DNA of 63,924 nt, counting the filler. It is 7 parts of 7 records of this genome, joined end to end, with 100 filler letters (N's around TTAATTAATTAA, not from the genome) between each part and the next. Parts side by side here need not be neighbours in the genome. Positions count along the whole stretch, not along the records: positions 35,690 to 45,155 come from DRR723986_8617; positions 45,256 to 50,880 come from DRR723986_8622; 5 more parts are not named here. The stretch is one strand, 5' to 3'. Of the stretch, positions 35,961 through 45,256 are shown piece by piece. A program made the translations under genes and the position numbers. The notes beneath the pieces are model-generated. The model had not been told where the DNA came from, made no database searches, and worked only from the letters and a program-made list of their open reading frames with translations. Positions within the stretch are counted from its first letter, which is position 1; each line of letters begins with the position of its first letter.

Positions 35961-37166
35961 ATGAGTGCTTTTTCCTGTGTTGTCCCCGTTCGGGTCTGGG
36001 TGGCTGGTGCCGCGCTGGCGCTGACTGCAGCCTGTGATGGTCCGTTGGACTATGACCTGCGCGGCAAAGTCGGGGGCTTCAGTACCGCAGAGGCGGCGCA
36101 AAAAGTCAGTACCGTGGATCGTCCGAAACCGGATGACCGGGGCGTGATATCTTATCCAACATACCAAGTGGCCGTTGCCAGACGTGGCGACAGTGTTACA
36201 GACTTGGCCAATCGTGTTGGTCTGCCCGCCGGAGAGGTGGCGCGTTTTAACGGATTGGAACCCGATGTGAAAATGCGCGAAGGCGAGGTTCTGGCGCTGC
36301 CGCGTCGGGTTGCCGAACCGACGACAAGCGGGTCAGCCGTCGATATTGCCGCTTTGGCGGGCACCGCGATTGATGAAGCTCCAGATACCACCCCGATCGA
36401 AACAAAACCGCTAGAACCCGCGAAACCCGCAAAAGCGCCCCCCAAACCCGCGGGACCAGAGCCGATCCGGCACAAGGTCGCACGCGGAGAAACGGCCTAT
36501 ACTGTCTCGCGGCTGTATCAGGTTCCTGTGAAAGCATTGGCCGAATGGAATGGTCTGGGATCTGATTTTGCCGTGCGCGAAGGTCAGTATTTGTTGATCC
36601 CGGTCAAGGATCAGTCAGCGCCGAAATCATCGACCAAGAAAACAGCGGCCGCAGGGGCCACAGCCGCCGCTGGTGCGGCTGCAGTCACACAGCCGGGGTC
36701 AGGGTCGCCAACGCCGCTACCGCCCAGCTCGACCACGCCACTGCCGAAAGAAAAGACCACAGCCAAGCCCCCAGAAGCGCCTGATGTGAAAGTGGCCGAG
36801 CCCACCAAAACAAGCAAAGCGGCAATGGGTTTCCCGGTTTCGGGTAAGATTATCCGCCCCTATTCCAAAGGGAAAAATGACGGCATCGATATTGCAGCGG
36901 CTGCGGGTTCTCCTGTTGTGGCGGCGGCCTCGGGTACTGTTGCAGCGATTACTGCTGATGCGGATCAGGTGCCGATCATCGTTGTACGTCATAAGAATAA
37001 CTTGCTGACGGTCTATGCAAACGTGGACAAGATCGAAATCAACAAAGGCGACCGGGTCAAGCGGGGCCAAAAGCTGGCGCAGCTGCGCAGTGGCGACAAT
37101 GCCTATGTACATTTTGAGGTGCGCAAAGGGTTCGACAGCGTCGATCCCAGTCCATACCTGCAATAA
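35961..37166 (+). CDS. nlpD: LysM + M23 peptidase-family lipoprotein (NlpD-like)
   Basis: Lipobox LTAAC, two LysM-like domains and M23 motifs NDGIDI, TVYA and HFEVRKG..VDP. Confidence 0.85.
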   Translation: MSAFSCVVPVRVWVAGAALALTAACDGPLDYDLRGKVGGFSTAEAAQKVSTVDRPKPDDRGVISYPTYQVAVARRGDSVTDLANRVGLPAGEVARFNGLEPDVKMREGEVLALPRRVAEPTTSGSAVDIAALAGTAIDEAPDTTPIETKPLEPAKPAKAPPKPAGPEPIRHKVARGETAYTVSRLYQVPVKALAEWNGLGSDFAVREGQYLLIPVKDQSAPKSSTKKTAAAGATAAAGAAAVTQPGSGSPTPLPPSSTTPLPKEKTTAKPPEAPDVKVAEPTKTSKAAMGFPVSGKIIRPYSKGKNDGIDIAAAAGSPVVAAASGTVAAITADADQVPIIVVRHKNNLLTVYANVDKIEINKGDRVKRGQKLAQLRSGDNAYVHFEVRKGFDSVDPSPYLQ

Positions 37167-37189
37167 TTGCTAAGCGGGTGACTCTCGGG

Positions 37190-38049
37190 TTAGCCGCTAG
37201 CCCCAGTGTGGTGAAACGCTCCTGTTTCGCTGATCTTACAACCGCCCAGCTCAGCCGCGTGGGCGGCAATAGCATCGGTTCTGAGAAAACGCATTAGGTT
37301 TTGCATCGCGGGTTCAAAGGCCGCGCCACCAGATCACAGCGTTCTTGTTGCGTTGGGGCAACCCCCAGACGATACAATCCTGATAAGGCCCCAAGGCCAA
37401 AACCCGCATCTGCTTTGCCATCATGCAGGGCGATGGCCAGCTCTTCTTTGGTGCGCGCGCAGGGGGACAGGGGGTTGAGATCCCTCAAGGTCAGGCCACA
37501 GGCCGACAGCTTTGTTTCGAATAGGTGCTGGCTGGCCGCACTGTCTTGGCGCATAATCATACGCCCCTTGAGGTCGCTAAACCCATTAATGCCAGTGGTT
37601 CCGGGCGCGGGCAACAAATCGCGTTGACGACGCGCAACTTCGACGAGGACAACAGACGTTCCGCCCAACTTGCCCCTCAGGTTGGAGATGTTGAACCCTG
37701 CGCCCTCGTGAATATACCGCGCGACAGCTTGGGTGCTGTGGTCGGCCAGACGGATGAGCCCATCGAAAAAGCCGTCACAATAGGTTGCCAATCCTGAGCC
37801 GCTTTCCCACCGCGTCCAATCCAACACGGGGTCATGACTGTCTGCGACGATCAAGGGCAGGGGCGGTTCGCTGACCTTTGGTCCAGATCGAGATGCTTTG
37901 ATCCATGCGGTGATTTTTGCACCGGGAAACAGAAACTTACCCTTTGCCTGGACGCGGGGCACATCCCCTGATGAGGCAAGATCATAGACTTTGCGCTTAC
38001 CTATACGAAGCTGATCCGCCAGTTCCCTCTTGGTCAGATATCCAGGCAT
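37190..38049 (-). pseudogene. Excisionase-type HTH + periplasmic-binding-like domain regulator (Mo/W-associated family), frameshifted near 37322
   Basis: YLTKRELADQLRIGKRKVYDLA..GKFLFP and SHDPVLDW. The ORF stops at 37294, but the family-like tail AFEPAMQNLMRFLRT..AAELGGCKISETG continues in another frame to 37190. Confidence 0.7.
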
Positions 38050-38632
38050 TCGCGATCCATTTCGCGTTTGGCTATCTCGGGTGTTGGTGCAGGTCGGGTT
38101 CCTTCGGTGGATCGTAGGTGGCGTGACAAGACGCGAAAAGCAAATGCCACAATCATGCGATCAGGGGGGGATGTCAAAGAGAAGGGTGCAGGGGGGCGGT
38201 GTGGTCGCCCACAGCCGCCCCAGTCACAGTAAACACGGCGCGATCTTATGGCCCCGGTTTTGCACACTGATCAAATGGGCAGTTGCCGCATCGTCAGTGA
38301 AAGGTCCTTGGATGTGCGACATCGTGCGTTCCATGGTTTCCTGATCGGAAAGCTCTCCCCTTCCTTCCGACTGGCGGACTATGAAACAGAAGAAATGTTC
38401 TGCCAAGCCCTGTCTTTGAAAAGGATTGTTTCGTGTGTTCTGAAGGCAAATGGCCCTGCGCGATCACGCCACTTGGCCTTAGTAGGTAGTCCAGCGGCGC
38501 GTTGGGACTAAGTCAGGGCTGGCGGTCCGGGCTTTGCTCAGGCAGAAACGGGCCAAGCGCATGACTCTTGACCCCGCAGGGGGGGAAAGCCTCAGCGTCA
38601 AACGAAGCACGAGAAATAGGGAGATACATGCG

Positions 38633-38830
38633 ATGAGCGGTGACTATAACATGTCCATGCGCAAGTTCCTCAAGCAGGTTGGGGTGACCAGTCAGCAAGC
38701 CATCGAAGAGGGGCTGCGTACTGCAGGCACCCCGGAGGGCAAGAGTTTTGAGGCCAAAGTGGTGTTGACGATTGATGGGCTCGAGGTTGAGCATGTGGTG
38801 ACAGGTCAAATCAAGGACGACAATTCATGA
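38633..38830 (+). CDS. Small conserved protein (DUF6494-like)
   Basis: NMSMRKFLKQVGVTSQQAIE; ATGA-coupled to mrp. Confidence 0.75.
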   Translation: MSGDYNMSMRKFLKQVGVTSQQAIEEGLRTAGTPEGKSFEAKVVLTIDGLEVEHVVTGQIKDDNS

Positions 38831-39888
38831 GCATTCGCGAAGGGGTTCTGGCGAACCTGAAAAAGATCGTAGATCCGGCCAGCGGGCAGGACATTGTTAG
38901 CTCGGGCCTCGTGCGCGCGCTGAATGTCGAGGGCGATCAGGTGCGGTTCGTGATTGAAATCGATCCGAAAAAGGCCGAACAGATGGAACCGATCCGGGCT
39001 GCGGCTGAAAAAGCAGCCAGCATGGTAGAGGGCGTTGAAAAAGTGTCGGCCATGCTGACAGCACATTCTGAAAAAGCCCCGCCGGAATTGAAACCCAGGC
39101 CTAAACCCTCTGACACTGCGCCAGCGGCGTTACCGGGGGTTGCACGGATTATCGCAATCGCTTCGGGTAAAGGCGGGGTCGGCAAATCCACCGTGTCGGC
39201 AAACCTGGCTTGTGCTCTGGCGGCGCAGGGACGGCGTGTTGGATTGTTGGACGCCGATGTATATGGCCCATCGCAACCGCGTATGCTGGGCGTGTCCGGA
39301 CGCCCGGCCAGTCCGGATGGAAAAATCATCATTCCTTTGAGGAACCACGGCGTTACCATGATGTCGATGGGGTTGATGACGAACGAAGGTCAGGCTGTTG
39401 TATGGCGTGGCCCGATGTTGATGGGCGCGTTGCAACAGATGATGAATCAGGTGCAGTGGGGCGAGCTGGATGTTTTGATCGTTGACCTGCCACCAGGCAC
39501 TGGCGATGTTCAGCTAACCCTGACGCAGAAATTCGCTTTGGATGGCGCCATCGTGGTGTCTACGCCGCAGGATGTTGCCCTGCTGGATGCGCGCAAAGGC
39601 ATCGATATGTTCCGTCAAACCAAGACGCCGATCCTTGGGATGATTGAAAACATGTCGACACACATCTGTTCCAACTGTGGCCACGAAGAGCATGTGTTCG
39701 GGCATGGCGGCGTTGCGTCAGAGGCGGAAAAATTGGGTGTGCCGCTATTGGGTGAAATTCCGCTGCATCTGGATATCCGGGTGGCTGCGGACGAGGGGGC
39801 TCCGATTGTGGTGTCCAAACCGGAAAGCGCACAGGCGGAAGCGTTCCGTTCAATTGCCAAGGATCTGATATCTCAGGGCATCGCCTAA
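38827..39888 (+). CDS. apbC: Mrp/ApbC Fe-S carrier ATPase with an N-terminal DUF59-like domain
   Basis: IVDPASGQDIVSSGLV, SGKGGVGKST, DADVYGPS, WRGPM, DLPPGTGD and ENMSTHICSNC. Confidence 0.9.
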   Translation: MSIREGVLANLKKIVDPASGQDIVSSGLVRALNVEGDQVRFVIEIDPKKAEQMEPIRAAAEKAASMVEGVEKVSAMLTAHSEKAPPELKPRPKPSDTAPAALPGVARIIAIASGKGGVGKSTVSANLACALAAQGRRVGLLDADVYGPSQPRMLGVSGRPASPDGKIIIPLRNHGVTMMSMGLMTNEGQAVVWRGPMLMGALQQMMNQVQWGELDVLIVDLPPGTGDVQLTLTQKFALDGAIVVSTPQDVALLDARKGIDMFRQTKTPILGMIENMSTHICSNCGHEEHVFGHGGVASEAEKLGVPLLGEIPLHLDIRVAADEGAPIVVSKPESAQAEAFRSIAKDLISQGIA

Positions 39889-39914
39889 GATCCAGAGGAT
39901 CTACAGAAATGGAG

Positions 39915-39944
39915 AGGGCGCGGTTTACGCGCCCTTTTTCCTTT
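39915..39944. terminator. Intrinsic terminator between mrp and the flavin reductase gene
   Basis: AGGGCGCG-gttta-CGCGCCCT followed by a T-rich run. Confidence 0.65.
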
Positions 39945-39946
39945 TA

Positions 39947-40447
39947 TCAGGTGCGCGGGGCAAAATCGCCAAACTGGCCTCGTTTGAACATCAAACCCTG
40001 ACCTTGCCGATGCAGAACGGTTTGAACTTCGCCCAGAATAATCGTGTGATCCCCGGCGTCGTGTTGGGCAACCAACCGGCAATCAAACCGGGCCAGAGAT
40101 TTGGTCAAAATTGGTATTCCGTTGGTGTCCTCGGTCCACTCCGCATGTGAAAAATCTGCTCCGTCCCGCGCAAAGGCCTGTGCGGTGGCGAGTTGTCCCT
40201 CAGCCATGATGTGGATGGCGTAGTGTTGCGCGGCCATAAAGGCATCATAGCGTGTGGATGTTTTTGCCGGGCACCACAGAACCATGGGCGGGTCCAGCGA
40301 CACAGAGGCAAACGAATTGGCCGTGATTGCGACGGGCCCATCAGGCGATGATGCGGTCACAACGGTCACGCCGGTTCCATAACACCCCAACGCATCACGC
40401 AGGGCGCGGGTGGTTTCGGGGCCGGGGGTAAAGATAGTTTCGCTCAT
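39947..40447 (-). CDS. Flavin reductase family protein
   Basis: LRDALGCYGTGVTVVT, ITANSFASVSLDPP and AGDHTIILGEV. Confidence 0.9.
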   Translation of the reverse strand: MSETIFTPGPETTRALRDALGCYGTGVTVVTASSPDGPVAITANSFASVSLDPPMVLWCPAKTSTRYDAFMAAQHYAIHIMAEGQLATAQAFARDGADFSHAEWTEDTNGIPILTKSLARFDCRLVAQHDAGDHTIILGEVQTVLHRQGQGLMFKRGQFGDFAPRT

Positions 40448-40501
40448 GACGTACCTTTGGATCCTGTCCCGAAGTCCCGTGCCACGGCGCGCATCATTTG
40501 T

Positions 40502-41917
40502 CTACTGATTCAAGTCCTGTAACAGGCGACCGTGTTTACGGGTTTCGGAAATTACGTCCCCGAAGGTCTCAAAATTCCGGGCTTTTAGCATCGGCAACAT
40601 CTTGGTCAGAACCTCAGCCGTGGCTTGCGCGTCGCCAAGGGCGGTGTGGCGTAATGCGGCGGGAATGGTGACATCCAACCGATCGCAGAGCGCATCGAGC
40701 GTGTGCGTTTCACTTGCACCAAACAGAACAGCGGATAACAGAACCGTATCAAGGATCGGGTGATCCCATGCGACGTCCATGCTTTTGGCGTGTCGGCGCA
40801 GAAAGGCCATATCAAACGGGGCATTATGAGCCACAATGACAGCGTCGCGTGCAAAATGATGGAACGATCGCCCAGCGTCGCGGATATCAGGGGCACCCTG
40901 AACCATGGCATCACTTACGCCGTGGACTTTGGTGGATGCAGGGGGAATTGGCATGCCGGGGTCGACGAGCGTGTTGAGCACCTCTCCCTCGATGATACGC
41001 CCACGCAGCATACGCACGGCGCCGATCTGGACGATTTCATCTTTGTGAGGGAGCAAGCCCGTTGTCTCGGTGTCGAACACGACAAAACAAAGATCCTCAA
41101 TCGGACGGGCATCATACGGTGTTGCAGCGCGCTGCTCTAACAGGTCGAAGTCAAACACCAGCGGACGCTGCGCTTCTGGCGCGACATCGAGCGTGACTGA
41201 ATCCAATATCAACATGTAGCCAGACGCGCTTCCGAGCGGCTTCATTCGTGCATCTATGTGTTGGGTGCCATCATGACCCAACAAGGGGCAGGTAACCTCC
41301 ATGCCCGTTTTCACCAATTTGGCATAAGCCGCTTCGACAGTGGATTTGTCGAGGTAGTCAAACAATGAGGCATTCAAACGGGGTGGGGCGATCTGGGCCA
41401 GAAATTCTGCTGCCTGACCATCGTAGAGCACGATCTGATGCGAGGGGCTGACCAAAATCATAGCCAGTGGAATATCGGTGAGCAGGGCGCTCAACCGCTC
41501 TTTGTCCGCTGCAAGGCGGGCGGTTTCATTGGCAACGGTCTGGGCCGTTTCCAGCGTGGTGTCGCTGAGCTGTCCCGCCAACCCCGCTGCCGCCGGGGCC
41601 AGATCCCCCAGATATCGTGCGGCCTGTAAATCCATATCGTTTTGAATACCCGCATGGGCACGGGCACGCATTTCTGCGGCGAGCCGTTCAATGGGTTTTG
41701 CCACGTTTTCATCAAACAGAAGCCAAACGCCGACAACCAAAGCCAACAGTCCAAAAATGGTTAACGTGCCGCTAAAAACAAACGCATCCAAAAGTGCGGG
41801 CGAACCCGCGCGCTGATACCCAACATAAAGGGAAAGGCCCGCAACAGCAGTGCCGCCAAAGGCCATCAAAACAAAGAACAAAAAGACACGCAGACGTAGG
41901 CTTAGGTGGGTCAGCAT
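40502..41917 (-). CDS. Membrane-anchored PAS-containing DEDDh 3'-5' exonuclease (PolIII epsilon-like)
   Basis: Two TM helices, a HAMP-like helix and a PAS-like region, then VFDTETTG, VAHNAPFD and RHTALGDA. Confidence 0.87.
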   Translation of the reverse strand: MLTHLSLRLRVFLFFVLMAFGGTAVAGLSLYVGYQRAGSPALLDAFVFSGTLTIFGLLALVVGVWLLFDENVAKPIERLAAEMRARAHAGIQNDMDLQAARYLGDLAPAAAGLAGQLSDTTLETAQTVANETARLAADKERLSALLTDIPLAMILVSPSHQIVLYDGQAAEFLAQIAPPRLNASLFDYLDKSTVEAAYAKLVKTGMEVTCPLLGHDGTQHIDARMKPLGSASGYMLILDSVTLDVAPEAQRPLVFDFDLLEQRAATPYDARPIEDLCFVVFDTETTGLLPHKDEIVQIGAVRMLRGRIIEGEVLNTLVDPGMPIPPASTKVHGVSDAMVQGAPDIRDAGRSFHHFARDAVIVAHNAPFDMAFLRRHAKSMDVAWDHPILDTVLLSAVLFGASETHTLDALCDRLDVTIPAALRHTALGDAQATAEVLTKMLPMLKARNFETFGDVISETRKHGRLLQDLNQ

Positions 41918-42438
41918 TACACCGCCTCACACAACGCAGTCAGCACCGGATCATCATGCGCAACCTGCACCCAGCTGGCATCAATCACAGCCCCTTCAGC
42001 ATCAAAGTTTGCGCCATCAATCAGGTTGGCGCGACGTGCACCGGCGCAATCGGCCAGCACAGGCAATTTGTTGACAGGCGCCCAACGGCCAAAGAGGTAA
42101 AGATCCCCCAATCGCTGATCTGCCAGCTTTGGATTGCGTTGAATTGATGACGTATCAATCGCAGCAAAACGATCCACAAACGGTACCGCATAGGTCCACG
42201 GGCGGATCATGCTTTTGTTTTCAACTTCCTGCACAACCTGCAGGCCGTCCGGCATGCCATCTAGCGTGCGCCCATACCAGCTGTATTCGCTTGAAATGGT
42301 CACACCAATCATGGCCGCCCCGGCGGCGACGGGGGCAAACCAGCGCGGCAACCGCCCGCCCGTGGCCCGGTTGATCACCATCACAACGCCAGCCATGGCG
42401 ATACCGGCAAATACAGTCGCAATTAATTCCAGAAACAT
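41917..42438 (-). CDS. Conserved hypothetical membrane protein
   Basis: Two N-terminal TM helices, EYSWY and RPWTY; stop abuts the start of the exonuclease gene. Confidence 0.7.
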   Translation of the reverse strand: MFLELIATVFAGIAMAGVVMVINRATGGRLPRWFAPVAAGAAMIGVTISSEYSWYGRTLDGMPDGLQVVQEVENKSMIRPWTYAVPFVDRFAAIDTSSIQRNPKLADQRLGDLYLFGRWAPVNKLPVLADCAGARRANLIDGANFDAEGAVIDASWVQVAHDDPVLTALCEAV

Positions 42439-42494
42439 CGCGTTGCTCTCCTGCTTCTGATGTATTTCATTATGTCTCGACGGGCCTGCTGCGT

Positions 42495-44318
42495 TTAACT
42501 GAGCATGCCCTTGCCGTGGCCTACGGCCGATTGCATCGTCTTTACCACAACAAAGGCATCGCGCAGATGACTTCGCTCAAAGTCGGACAGATCGGCAGGG
42601 GGCAGATAGTTGTCGGGGGCCTTCCCCGCTTTGACCAGCGCAACTTGATGTTCTAGCCGGGTTTCGGCGATCAGATCAAAGGCGTCCAACAGATCGCGCG
42701 CGCCCGATGGGCTAAGCACTCCGGCTGCTTCGGCGGCTTTCAGGCGGGCACGGGTGTTGGCCTCGGGCAGTTTCCCTTGCAGGGAATACACCCGGCCCAG
42801 ATCCACGACGGGAACGACGCCGTTATGTTTCAGATCCAGCTGGTTCTTGTGTTCACCCGAGCGAATGGTCGCAAAGCCGCGCAAAAGACCCAAAGGGGGT
42901 GTGTGTTTCAAAGAGTTCGAAATCATATGCGCAACAAAGATCGAGTTCTTGGCGGCAGCCCCGAGCGTGTCGGTTTGCAGATCTTCGAACAGATCAAAAT
43001 TGCCCCCGATAGGGCGCAGATCAAACATGACACTGGCCAGCATTTGTGCCTCGGGGCTGGGCTTGGCGATCCAACCAGCGAAATAGTCACGCCAGACCCG
43101 GACGGGCTGACACCAGCGGGGGTTGGTCGCCATCATGTCGCCGGGGCAGTAGAAATAACCACAGACATCGAGGCCGTCGCTGACAAATTTCGCCAACTCG
43201 GCGAAATAGGGCAAGTCTGCCTCGGTCACCGTATCATCCAGCATCAAACAGTTGTCTTGGTCGCTGACACCGGTCTGTTCTTGGCGTCCTTGCGATCCGC
43301 ACGCCAACCAGAGATAAGGCACGGGGGCCGCGCCAAGCTTTGCTTCGGCCAAGGTCAGCAACCGGCGGGTCACGGTGTCGGCGATGTCGGTGATCAGGCG
43401 GGTGACCACCTCATGCCGGTTTCCGCCAGCGACCAATTGCACCAACAGGCGTGGAATTTCCGCTGTGACTTTGGCCATTTCTTCGGCGCTGTCGGCGCGT
43501 GCAATCGCGCTGACCAATTCTGCGGAACTGACGGCTTGAAACCGGGTCAAGTCTGTTTGGGTAACGATGCCGACCAGCCGGTTGCCCTCAGTAATCGGGA
43601 TGTGACCGATATGGTGTTCCATCATCGCATGCAGCACATCCGAGCCTATGGCGCTGGGGGACAGGGTTAGGGGCGCGGGGGTCATGATCTGTGCCACGGG
43701 GGTCGATGGGGGCAGGGCCTCGGCCACAACTTTGCCGGATAGATCACGGGTTGTTAAAATGCCCTGCAGCACGTCGCCTTGCGTGATGCACAGCGATGAA
43801 ATCTTGCGCGTGCGCATTAGCTTTGCGGCGTCTTGGGCTGAGGTTTCGGGCGGGCAGGTCGCCGGATCACGTGCCATCAGCGTATCAACCGGGCTAGTGG
43901 CCAGGGACTCTTGCTGGGGACGGGGGCCGCGCGCCCGATTAAAGAATTTGGCGACAACCTCGTGTGCGTCCAGCAATTCAGCAAACAGCGCAGTGGGCAC
44001 AACAAGCAGGATAGAATGCGCATCAGCACGGGCACTCGTGACAGCTTTACCATCGCGCAGCAGGCCACGTTCCCCAAAGGAATTGCGCAGACCCAGATGG
44101 GACACAACGACGTCGTTCTCGTCGGTGATTTCCACCTGTCCTTCGTAAATCAAAAACAGGCCCGGCAGGGCGTCGCCCAGATCATAGATCGAGAAATCCT
44201 GCTCAACTTCCCACGCATCCAATTGGGGGGCGATGGTTTCGAGAACGTCCACCGGCAACGCATCATAGGGGTGCACGGATTTCAGAAAACGGGTGATTTG
44301 CGCTTGGGTCAAAGGCAT
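42495..44318 (-). CDS. cNMP-binding + 2xCBS + DUF294 nucleotidyltransferase-like protein
   Basis: FGERGLL (cNMP), a CBS pair, GSQGRQEQTGVSDQDN, CPGDMMATNPRW and DLKHNG. Confidence 0.9.
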   Translation of the reverse strand: MPLTQAQITRFLKSVHPYDALPVDVLETIAPQLDAWEVEQDFSIYDLGDALPGLFLIYEGQVEITDENDVVVSHLGLRNSFGERGLLRDGKAVTSARADAHSILLVVPTALFAELLDAHEVVAKFFNRARGPRPQQESLATSPVDTLMARDPATCPPETSAQDAAKLMRTRKISSLCITQGDVLQGILTTRDLSGKVVAEALPPSTPVAQIMTPAPLTLSPSAIGSDVLHAMMEHHIGHIPITEGNRLVGIVTQTDLTRFQAVSSAELVSAIARADSAEEMAKVTAEIPRLLVQLVAGGNRHEVVTRLITDIADTVTRRLLTLAEAKLGAAPVPYLWLACGSQGRQEQTGVSDQDNCLMLDDTVTEADLPYFAELAKFVSDGLDVCGYFYCPGDMMATNPRWCQPVRVWRDYFAGWIAKPSPEAQMLASVMFDLRPIGGNFDLFEDLQTDTLGAAAKNSIFVAHMISNSLKHTPPLGLLRGFATIRSGEHKNQLDLKHNGVVPVVDLGRVYSLQGKLPEANTRARLKAAEAAGVLSPSGARDLLDAFDLIAETRLEHQVALVKAGKAPDNYLPPADLSDFERSHLRDAFVVVKTMQSAVGHGKGMLS

Positions 44319-44428
44319 CGGTTGCGACCTTGAAAAGAATGAAAGTCCCGCCCGGAACGATACCGGGCGGGACCAGGGCTCAGGAAGGGCCGGTCTTAGA
44401 TGGGAGGGGGGTAGACCGGCCCGGCACC

Positions 44429-45155
44429 TCAGTGATCCTGAGCTGCGCCTGCGCCCCGGGGGATACGCACGCTTTCGACCAGATCTTTGATCTCCTGCGG
44501 GGTCTCTTTGGTCATGCCAGCTACGATGTAGGCGACAGTAAAGTTAACCGCAGCACCAACCGCGCCGAACGAAGTCGACTTGATTGTGCCCAGCAGGGGG
44601 TCCGCATCGGTGAACGAGTTGGTGCCCGGTACAAAGAACCAACCTTTGTGCAGGAAGATGTACAGCAGTGTGACACCCAGACCCGCCAACATACCTGCCA
44701 CAGCACCGGTGTTGTTAATCTTCTTCGAGAAGATCCCCATCATCAGAGCCGGGAAGATCGACGCCGCCGCCAGACCAAAGGCCAAGGCCACAGTCTGCGC
44801 CGCAAAGCCGGGAGGGTTCAGACCAAGATAGGTCGCCAGTGCAATCGCAACACCCATGGCAATACGGGCTGACAGCAGTTCGCTCTTTTCCGAGATGTTC
44901 GGATTGATCGACCCTTTGATCAAGTCATGCGATACCGCAGACGAGATCGCCAGCAACAGACCCGCCGCAGTGGACAGAGCCGCCGCAAGACCACCCGCAG
45001 CCACCAGACCGATAACCCAAGATGGCAGGTTGGCGATTTCAGGGTTGGCCAGAACCAGAATGTCACGGTTGAACTTGGTCAATTCGTTGCCGGTCCAGCC
45101 TTTTTCAGCTGCCTTGGCCTGCATGTCCGCGTTCTTGTCGTTGTAGTACTGGATC
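44429..45155 (-). CDS. actP: Cation/acetate symporter (SSS family, ActP-like), 3' part
   Basis: DILVLANPEIA, GLVAAGGLAAALSTAAGLL, SAVSHDL and AFGLAAASIFP. Confidence 0.85.
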
Positions 45156-45255
45156 NNNNNNNNNNNNNNNNNNNNNNNNNNNNNNNNNNNNNNNNNNNNT
45201 TAATTAATTAANNNNNNNNNNNNNNNNNNNNNNNNNNNNNNNNNNNNNNNNNNNN
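45156..45255. other. Artificial contig linker
   Basis: N44-TTAATTAATTAA-N44. Confidence 0.99.
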
Positions 45256-45256
45256 G

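Noticed and set aside
38050-38630. Small ORFs between the regulator pseudogene and DUF6494
   Set aside because: No recognisable motifs or codon bias; probably decayed or regulatory DNA.
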